Below, piece by piece: positions 13,374 to 22,874 of a stretch of 64,000 bases of DNA (positions are counted from its first letter, which is position 1; every line of letters starts with the position of its first letter). The stretch is from Styela clava (taxonomy: Eukaryota). A program made the position numbers and the translations under genes. The stretch is taken from contig NC_135254.1 of the NCBI RefSeq assembly GCF_964204865.1, positions 10,974,001-11,038,000 of the forward strand, read 5' to 3'. Below the pieces are notes generated by a model. It did no database searches. It was not told the origin of the DNA and saw only the letters and a program-made list of their open reading frames with translations.

Positions 13374-14501
13374 GATGATGTCACAACTTAAATAGTAAAA
13401 TTACACTGTAAAAACACATGCATTTTGAGTGACAATTACCATTTGAATCCTAATCAAAAACTTATAATTAGATGGCGTTCAATAATTATGGGACAACAAC
13501 TCAAATAATATGCCAACCTAAGCGAACTTATAACCGATTACGCCAAATTTGATTTTAAGTGACGTTGCAAAGTATTTTAATCAACTATAAGAACCATTTG
13601 ATTGAATAGATGAAAAATATGTTCATCAACGATGTAAACTGTTAACATATACTCGCAAAAACGTCCAAATATCGGTTCCTTCCTGTAAACTTCCGGCATG
13701 TCTAACGCGTACGCTCGCTTGCGGACCTCATTGTAAATACGATGAAATATTCATTTCGTAAAATGGTCGGTTGCCCTTACCTTGCCCTATGTAGAGCGGT
13801 TTACATTATGCTCAAAAATAAAATGCTCACAAAGCCGTAATAACATATATTTAAAGACGTAGTGCATTTTCTAGCGTTTTATGCCCAAAGTGACAAACTT
13901 TGACAAATGTCTACGCACCACTTCTATGCATAAATAATGCAAAAGACTTTGGCAAAACGGCATCTCGTTTCTCAGTTTAACTAAAAACTTCAAAGCTTTC
14001 AGCATGAGTTAGAAATGCCTATATTAGAGGCTTAACGTCGATGATAGACGAATTTAATTGAAGGATGATATTATATATGCAATGTAACCGATGAATAAAA
14101 ATTAATTTATAAGCTGGTATATGGGGATATGTTAGTGGCAAACACAAAATAAAATAGTTATAATCTGAGAATATGCACGTATATGAAAATATTATAAATA
14201 GTTGCATAATATTAAAGTATTTATTTAAAAAGTGTTACTCTAATTTTTATAACCTGTGAAAATTTCTCAGTCTGCCTTTTTCTATTATGCATAACCTAGT
14301 CCTAGACTATTGACTTCATGAAAAATTTTTTATATTGATATTGACTGCAAGAAGAAATTTGAAATAGCACCTATATTCTCGAATGGCGAAGCTCAAAACG
14401 TAACCAACCATATTAACATACTGAAACTATACTGTATGTTACGATCTCTCTCAGATGCCCTACTTAAAGTTCCTGATTTCGAATGTTTGAATTTGGATGT
14501 C

Positions 14502-14664
14502 TGTAACTTTTATTCTCAAATGCACCAAAGTAAGCATTTCAAATAAAAATATATCCACTGAAAATTTTGTAACTGATTGTAACTTTTATTCTCAAATGTA
14601 CCAAAGTAAGCATTTCAAATAAAAATATATTTCCACTGAAAATTTTGTAACTGATTGTAACTTT
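14502..14664. repeat. ~76-78-bp tandem duplication
   Basis: tgtaacttttattctcaaatg(c/t)accaaagtaagcatttcaaataaaaatatat..ccactgaaaattttgtaactgat occurs twice. Confidence 0.9.
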
Positions 14665-15478
14665 AAGTTAATATTGACACGCTTCGAACTAATCATTTTC
14701 ATCTAAACATCTTTCCTCATCATATCCTTTACATATACAACCAGTTGTGGAATTTGTAAACTATAATATACTTTTTTTTTACACCAGATCTTGCCGTTAC
14801 CAATTTTAGAATTCGTAAAAATATTCTAATTTCAAATCAAATTTCAATATCCATGATATCCAGTAATAATTAGCACATGCCTTCACCCTATTGCTAAAAT
14901 CGTCGATACAGACTGACACTGCAGCTCATATTTTAGTCTTACCCTCTCTCGGCAACGTCGTCGATTTGGAGCTATAAATTGCTAATGAATCCAATGTCAC
15001 GGAGACTTTGCATATTAAATAGCACTCGCAGTACGACGACGAATGGCAAAGTTCACTATATACGAAAAAATAGGAATATATAGTTTACGTGTCTGCCATA
15101 ACTAGAACTGGACTTCCAGACCTTCCCCCTATGGCGTTTGAAAGCCTGCAATCTATCCAGGTATACTTAGTGGTATTTGAACGTCAACCATCACATTACT
15201 TTTATTTATATTCAGAGCAAAAGAGCCAAATTCATCAATGTACGCACGAACCTCGTGGTTTGTGCACGCGTCCTCATATCTTTACACATTAATACTCGAC
15301 TTTAGTATAATCGATGATCACCGAAATATGGAGTATCGTAGGCTAAAAATTATTGGTTATTATGTCAGTTTTTGGGTTTATTGTGTGCTAAGTACAATGA
15401 CCAAGATATTAATGATCCTATCAGAAGTTTTTATTTAACAATAGTTGGTCACGTACTTATGTAGTGATTTAACATTCT

Positions 15479-15648
15479 CGGTGACCGTACATTTGAACCC
15501 ATGTGTAAATCCGCGGGTTCAATCTATATGCGGGTGCTAAAACCCATGAGTTTAGGGTTAGTATGAGTTCAAATATCCGTAAAACAAAAAAAATCATAAT
15601 TGCAATAGTATGCAGGTGCAATTGTTGTGGGTTCAAAGTAATGGAACC
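15479..15648. mobile_element. Probable MITE
   Basis: Inverted ends ..catttgaacccat / gtgggttcaaagtaatggaacc; internal ttagggttag. Confidence 0.4.
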
Positions 15649-16979
15649 AACATGCGCATGTCTTGTGGATGAATATGATTTACTGACATGGATCTGTATG
15701 GGTATGTTGATCCCAAGGTGAAAAGAATCGAAAATACGATTTAAGCATATGTCTTACCAAGATTTGAGTGAAACTATGACTCCAAATATCTAGTTAATCT
15801 TATCAGCTAGTTTCAAAGCATGAGGTTCCGTTGCTCCCGCACATGCTTATACCCCACGGAGTTCAAACCAGCGCATGTTAATTAGCGATTGCGGTGGCGC
15901 GCCCCAGCCGCGGCAACCGGGTTCGACGAAGAGTATGTTGTTCATCAAATAGCAGTACAAGTGATTAAAGATAAAACGTACCATCTGCACTATTGAGAGA
16001 TTTGGGCTATGCTAAGGGTTGGCAAGGATTTTGTACCACCTAGTTCGTCGGGCCATGTAAGAGTGTCGTGAAAAATTACTTTTTATGAACAACATTTACA
16101 GTGTAACAAAAGCAAAAATGGAAAACAATGAACCTCGTGCCGAAACTTAATTTAATCGTAATCTCAACAAATCACTTAAGCTATTTTCAGCCAAAACATT
16201 AAAATTGGGTTTGATTGACGCAATTTTCAACCTAAAATACAACTTACACAGACTACAATTAGAATCCAACATGCCTTTTTGCACCATACAGATTTCAAAT
16301 ATATATATACAACAACTATGTTGTATATGCAGAATTAGCTAAAAGAAGAAATTCATTGCAGCGTCAGGCCCGCCAGATTGAATTACACAATGGCCCGGAT
16401 TTGGCTCACGGACCGTAGTTTGTCCGTTTCAGGTTTATGCACATCATTATTAATACTCATCCCAAACAAATGAGAGTTGAATTGAGGTCAGAATATTATT
16501 ATTCTGTATATATATTTTTGCATTCCAATCTTATATACAAGGCAGGGTAGCGATGGTCAAATGTATGAATACGAAGTTGATATGCAATCTGCCACAGTAG
16601 TACTACCGCTACCGTACCACAGCTGACCACCAAAAATCAACTTCCACCAAAGAGGAACCACCATAAGGAGTACAATTTTTAAACTTGATGACGAAGTGAT
16701 TGCAAACGAAAAACGAACCCCATAGAGACCAGCACAGAATTTTTGAAATAAAAGTAATAGTCTTCTAGCGGAAAAAAATAAAGCGATTGGTCCAGTAGTT
16801 GATGAGAAAAGTGATTTTTTCATACGGTTACAACAAGAAGAATAGGCTTACTAACAACATGATCAACAACAACATAATAACAAAACGATCCACATGCACA
16901 TTTCGTGTCCAATAAAACCACCAATGAAACCTTATCATTATTTGGTATTTTAGTAACGGTATCACACTACACTCTAGAT

Positions 16980-17199
16980 CAGTGATTCTTTCCCACTAGT
17001 GTGCAGTGGAAAATTCTCAAGTGTGCGATAGAATTTTTCGAATTAACGACAAATCACTTGGGTTACGTATAATTAAATAGAGTATTACTATTTTTAAGTT
17101 TAAATAACGTTTGTCAATCGCTCAGTATTTAACGGGCCCACTGATCGTCAACGAATTTCAAACTTGCCGCAACTTTTTCAAAAAGATTGAGAACCGCTG
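16980..17199. mobile_element. Degenerate hAT (Charlie-like) MITE
   Basis: Termini CAGTGATTCT...TTGAGAACCGCTG; flanks ctctagat / ttctaaat form an 8-bp TSD with 2 mismatches. Confidence 0.55.
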
Positions 17200-18159
17200 T
17201 TCTAAATAAAGTGCTAGAGTTAATTTACCAAGTTGTATTGTCCACACAAGACGTTCCAGATATACCTCCTCTCGAGTATTATTGGGCAGGAAATCGATCT
17301 ATGGATGGTTCTGCTAAATTCTTGTTGTTGTTGTTGTTGAAAAAAAACGCTTTTTACGCAACTAACGAACTAATCTAATTTCAGTATTTGAAAATGAAAG
17401 AAGTCGTCGGAAGGTTTTTACTTTTGGTCTATGAACCCGTGCTTAACCGCTTATATAAACCGCTTTTTAGCTAACTCGGTACTCTCGGGCTTTGAAGTAC
17501 GTCATCGATGCGACCCTAGTATCTGTATATTCAAGCATTGCTAATTTGCCGATTTGAAAGCTCAGTCGTGTATTCACGTTCGCCATAATACCTTCATTGT
17601 AGCCTTCATATATATTGTCCCTTTCGTTGCGCCGTTATTAGATTCATATTTGCGGTCACTCGTAGAATAGAAAACTACGATATCGAATCAAATTCATCAA
17701 GATAATTTTTAACATTAAATCATATATATATTTGGTTGCCAGGAATAAACTTTTTGTTTTTGTCGGTTCACGTCTTGTACGTACCGGACAACGGTACGGT
17801 GATGCCTCGGACTGCTGAGGGCATATGATTTTAGATAAGATATCATTTTTTATTTCTGGGGTGAGGAACATCGTTAAACAAGATGCCATAGGCTAATCAT
17901 ATGACGTGCCACGGCCAAGTTATAGGCAGGAAAGCTTGATGGACAAGCAATACGGAGATGGTCGAACAATATAGAATAAAAAAAATTTCCTTTTTAATTC
18001 AAATAAAACAGAACAATTTGTGGTGAAACATGTGGTCCTGAAGAAAATCTGCAAAAAAATAATAGTTTCCTGGTGAGAGAAAGTTGCACATTTTCTGTTA
18101 AACATACTTCAAAAATTCTGATGCAAAATGGATATGGGAGGATTCACCGAAAATTAATA

Positions 18160-18560
18160 TTCATAGGTTTACAAGGACACAGCATGAAAAATTGCATTCA
18201 TTTTATAAAATTCGTCAATTTTTATGTGACAAAGTCGCAAATTAACATCGTGAGCACACGAACACAAGTAAACCGGTTAAAATCACGATGCAAAAATTGG
18301 ACATGAGGGAATTCCTCGGGAAATCAATAACCATAGGTTTACATTACCACAACACAGCATAAAAACCTATGCAGATCAAAGATCGTGCTGCACACTAACC
18401 CAAATATATTTCTGTAACGTTTCGTCTGACCAAAATTTTCCTTCTTTCCCCAGACAAGCAGTTTACAACAAAGAACAGCATAAGAAATTGCATTTATTTT
18501 ATAAAAGCTAGCGAACGCATTCATTCTTATGCAATGAAGGCACAAATTAACATCGAATAT
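18160..18560. repeat. Three degenerate direct repeats, possibly subterminal repeats of the adjacent transposon relic
   Basis: The motif (g)tttaca..acagcat..aaa recurs near 18165, 18335 and 18460. The first and third copies also share aattgcatt.attttataaaa..caaattaacatcg. Confidence 0.5.
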
Positions 18561-18759
18561 TTCTCACTGAAAAATTCACACCGAAGAAAATTTAATGAAT
18601 ACAGTATGTAGGCTACATAACATAGTGAACAGAAATTTTACTATCAGTCTTTTTTCATTATATGTGATTGTGTATTTGAAACAAATGCAATATTATTTAT
18701 AGATACTTTCAACACTAACAGATGTCTGAGAAAAAACTAATAAATAATATTTATTAATT

Positions 18760-19860
18760 GAGTTAACTTCAATATCTAATTCACTTTCCGCCGAATACCA
18801 AAACCCTCATTCTCGAGAATTGACTTTTCCTCTACAAGTGTACTGTGGTTTTGGGCTTTTTGCAGTCAATACAAAAATAAAATTCTGTGTAATTTAGGTT
18901 GTTTTTGGCACACCCGCATAAATTATTTTGACATCAATTTTTCTCACACTTGCAGTTTGCCCACTCGAGAAATGATTGGGGGGCTAGAAGTTGATCCATT
19001 AATTGGCCTTGGTTCTAGGCAACAATGATGAATCCTGCCTGGTAATTTTCCCTCAGAACACGCGTCTTCAATAAATCATTGTTGGGTGGAAGGGGATAAT
19101 TCATATGTTTGTCAGTTTTGAAACGCTTGCACTAGTATCATTTTCATTCTTTATATTCTCTCCATACAGTGATAGAACAAATTCCTCAGCTTTATTTATC
19201 AATGCCCTTCAAAAGATCTTCATAGTTGATAGAAAACTCAATAAATTTTGAGTCCTGCAACCTCAGTTTGATGGGCAGTTCTAAGTGCAGAAGAATGCCA
19301 AAGTATTTCAATATGATAGGTTGATAGCCCATTCAAGCTGTTTGCAACTGTTATGATTCTCATATACCGTTACGCTTTTATTCAAGACTTCTCCTTCGAT
19401 TCATTTTATTCTTACAGGTATATCGCCAATAGCAGCAGCGATGATAGCCTGCGTTAGGTTTGATTGGTGGAACATTGCTCTTTTCTTTTATGATGCAGTA
19501 TCTAAAATGAGGAAGAGAATCATATTTGGATCAACACGAGTGTTTTTCGACAAATAAAAATACGACTAAATACTGACCAATAGTTCTCATATATATTGCA
19601 TGTTATCTGATGCATGTACTACAGCCCTGCATCTCGATAAATCACACAGTCTGAAATGCCCTGTATATTTTTTTAAAACAGACTACAACTTGATACATGA
19701 TTTCTCATCTCTCAATCGCTTCATATCTTTCAACTCCTGCATAATTTATCATTGCTGCCCAGGTTCTTGTCGACTTTATAAATTTAGACAAACTGACATC
19801 AGTAAACTTGGTTGCTTTCCCCTCTTTCTCACAATCGTGCGTTACACAACCGGTCATTAT
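18760..19860 (-). mobile_element. Degenerate Academ-like DNA transposon coding relic (XPG-distal segment and Cys8/CXC zinc finger)
   Basis: Minus-strand translation with stops and frameshifts: KAEEFVLSLYG / PLPPNNDLLKTRVLRENYQAG / MDQLLAPQSFLEWANCKCEKN*CQNNLCGCAKNNLNYTEFYFCIDCKK. This follows the LPP..RANYQA..AP..L..C.C...C...C.C...L..T...C..C pattern recalled for Academ proteins. Termini were not found. Confidence 0.6.
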
Positions 19861-20249
19861 TTTCTGAATCAAATATGCTGTAGCGTAGCCTATAGCAATA
19901 TAATTCTGCTAAATACTCAAAAATCGTCATTAAATTAGTCATAAACCTTCCATACAAGCATGAAAATACCGTATCGTTGTTTGAGGCATATCTTTCCAGG
20001 TCTAGCCGTCCTTGAAGTTACCGCACCGTACCTATTTAACAACGTTATATGAGCTAGTGCTCAACTAAAATTGCTATCCATGATAAGAATCTACAAGTGT
20101 TTAATAGCTTACTTAAATTTTTTAACACCGTCTTAGCATAACTTAGCTAATAATAACTGAAAAAGACAGTGAAAAGGCTACCCAACTCAACGCAAGAGCG
20201 AGCAGTACAAACTGAGATCCTCCGACCGCCTACAGCTGATAAAATTTTA

Positions 20250-20295
20250 ATTGTTACGTCATGCAGAAGTCTGCGTTCATTGGCCAATTTTGCCG
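20250..20295 (+). promoter_or_regulatory. Candidate KDM1A promoter motifs (CRE-like and CCAAT)
   Basis: TTACGTCA at 20254-20261 and ATTGGCCAAT at 20279-20288, in unique DNA just upstream of the transposon stack. Assignment to KDM1A is an inference. Confidence 0.3.
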
Positions 20296-20662
20296 GAATA
20301 GCAGAGTATGTAGGACAGATGGTAGCACATATTTCTTGTAGTAAAAATGTTTTTTTTTCGTAAAACGTGCAACTTTTGAATTGGAAACAAGGTTGTATTT
20401 ATTACTAAATTTTATGGAACATTTTAAAATTGTTACCGACCGTGTTTTCCCGAAAATAAGCCTGTCTTATTTCAATTTTCTTTCGAAAAATACCACTAGG
20501 GCTTATTTTCGTTAGATGTCGTATAATTTTATTTATCAAAAACAAAATTAGAAAGTACAGAATTAGGAGATTTTCAAATATAAAAAATATTAAAACCGAT
20601 ATTCATTTACTTACTTACGTGACACGTTTTCCTCTCTAATACGTTTTAGATTATTCATTTAT

Positions 20663-21145
20663 GGACCTTTCCCCGGGCATCGACTTCCTTGTTTACTTCG
20701 TGACATTGGCCAATCAGCAAGATGCAAAAAGTGACGTAACAATGTTCCCTTTTCGCATCCGCTCAGACACTTTTCTCACTCAGATTTTCAAGTGCGTCGT
20801 AAACATTACCTCGTTTTCGCGTTTTTGAACTCTATTCGTTAGTTTTCTGTTGTGTTTCGGAAATTTAAATATAAATCAGATAATTCAATGATCACTCTGT
20901 CTTCCTAGGAGTTTTAATTTAATTGCAGTAATAAAAAATTAGTGTAGAAATAGCTAGGCTAAAATTCTTTACCGATACTTTTAAAAAACAGATTGTTGTA
21001 TACAATTAATTATAATGATGGTTTGAACACATACCCCATTTTACAGGCGCCAACTCGCAAAAGCACTCTGAAAATAGCCCCGTAAATTTGACAATGGTAA
21101 AGTATAGGTAAAATTTTACGGGGGTCAAAGGTTGGGGAAAAGTCC
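20663..21145. mobile_element. MITE family C (GGAC...GTCC termini, AT target duplication; ISL2EU/PHIS-like), copy 1
   Basis: TIRs ggacctttcccc / ggggaaaagtcc, flanked by AT on both sides. A diverged copy lies at 35924-36436. Confidence 0.7.
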
Positions 21146-21149
21146 ATAA

Positions 21150-22438
21150 CAGGGGTGGGCACACCGCGGCTCGCCAGACTTTTTGTGCGGCTCTTCTTGC
21201 TAACATAAATTAGTATCCAAATTTTAACTAACTTGTTACTAAAAACTTTAATGTAAACTTTTTTAATTCATTAAAAGTCGTAGAGAAGTTTTCGTCAAAT
21301 ATTAGGACAAATTATGTTTTAGTATGTAAATCGCTGTAGCGTTGAATTTTGAATTTAAGTCAGTCAAGTCAGCAAATCCTTCGTCACAATTGCCAATGTT
21401 TATTGATGCGGCGGCGGTATTGCAGCTTGATTGCGGTTAGTTAGTCTATCTAAGTTACTGTGCGATATGTTCTCAATTAAAAAACAAAAGTACGAAGATG
21501 AAAACAGAGTTGTCAAGTCAGAATGGGAAGAAGAATACGCATGGGCAACAATTTTTCAACAAGTCTCCTAGAACTGGTAACCTTGTCATACATGTCATAA
21601 GGCAAAATCAGCGTTCAAAGTTGAACTTTTTTGGGAACAGGGTCGTAAAATACTGGAACAGCTTACCATTACTGCATTAAATGTGAGGTCAAGTGCATCT
21701 GTGAATATTTTCAAACACAATTTGGATAAATACAGAGATTCCCAGGTGTCCAACCCAAGGACACTTGGACAATACTGGGAATTGTCAATTTGTGTATTAA
21801 ATGGGTTAGCAATATCGGTACTATTTGGGTAATTGTCTAATGTCCTTTCCAGTGTTTTCACTAGTCATAATTTGTCTAGTCTTAGCCTAATTGTAGTAAT
21901 TTTTGTGATACTGTGATACATTGTTTTTATACAGGTGTTAAAGATGTTTATACCGTTGTATATTTGTATTGTAGATTTTGAAGTTGCACCGGTACTAGGT
22001 CTGTAGGTGTGATACCGGTACCCAAAGAATGAAAGAGGTATTATTTTATTTATTTATTTACCAGTCAGGAGAATAAACCTTTGTGCTCAATCTGTCATAA
22101 GCTACTACAGTACTAAGTCAGAATAAAGTCAGCAATGTTAAACGGCATCATGAAACGAATCATGAAAACCTCTTACGAGACTACCGGTACCGGTACCCTC
22201 GTAAATCAGCTATAACTGTATACTGGTATAAGGAGCACAAATTAAATGAGCTAAAACTGTGCATATATTTGAGTATAGCTGCCTTGTTTATCTATTTATT
22301 GTTATTAGACTCTTTTGTGAATTTCTGTTCATGGTAGACTATTTCGATAATATTAATAAATTCACAAATTCTGCGGCTCTTTTAAAGATCTGACTTGCAG
22401 CATGCGGCTCTTATACTAAAAAATTGTGCCCACCCCTG
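21150..22438 (+). mobile_element. Internally deleted hAT (Charlie/Buster-like) transposon with N-terminal zinc-finger relic
   Basis: TIRs caggggtgggcaca / tgtgcccacccctg. Coding relic MFSIKKQKYEDENRVVKSEWEEEYA [insertion] FTSQENKPLCSICHK..LSQNKVSNVKRHHETNHEN, typical of GTF2IRD2/EPM2AIP1-type transposase N-termini. Confidence 0.8.
21543..22058 (+). mobile_element. 5'-truncated CR1/L2-group LINE 3' end
   Basis: ORF2 C-terminal signature RSKLNFFGNRVVKYWNSLP../..VRSSASVNIFKHNLDKYR, followed by a 3' UTR and a (TTTA)n tail. It interrupts the hAT zinc-finger relic. Confidence 0.75.
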
Positions 22439-22874
22439 ATTTATAACGTATGGGAGAGATTTCTTGCTATCGACCAGGTAAAAAAAATCGTGTTACTGAC
22501 TAGGTCTTATTTTAAAGGAAGGCCAATGGTAAAATCATTCCTAAAATTCAGGCAAGGTCTTATTTTTAGGGTACCGTAGGTCTTATTTTTGGGGAAACAC
22601 GAAAACACTTAAGTAAGTTCAGGTATACTGCAGTACTGGTATAAGAGCCTAACGGGTCTTGTGTAGTTTTGTATCTCGAGTCAGCAATTACTTCTCGTGG
22701 GCGTAGCATAACAATTTTTGCAGTACTTGAGGTATGGTACGAAACTACACTAGAGTCTAGACCCGAGCCTAACTGCTGAACTGCCTATCAAGATCTGTAA
22801 TTAGAACTTAAAAGCCATCAGTTATTTTTAATTTATTACTAGAAGAACAAAGTAATTGCTTATAATATAGTAAT

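Larger units (their letters stand above)
20440..22602. mobile_element. Tc1/mariner-superfamily (Tc2/pogo-like) non-autonomous element, outer layer of nested stack
   Basis: TIRs ccgtgttttcccgaaaataagcct (20440) and aggtcttatttttggggaaacacg (ending 22601). Subterminal aggtcttattt repeats near 22502, 22555 and 22578. Confidence 0.7.

Noticed and set aside
16561-16880. Plus-strand coding-like stretch (MYEYEVDMQ...) and the antisense 88-aa ORF
   Set aside because: Multiple stops, no recognisable family and no clear splice structure.
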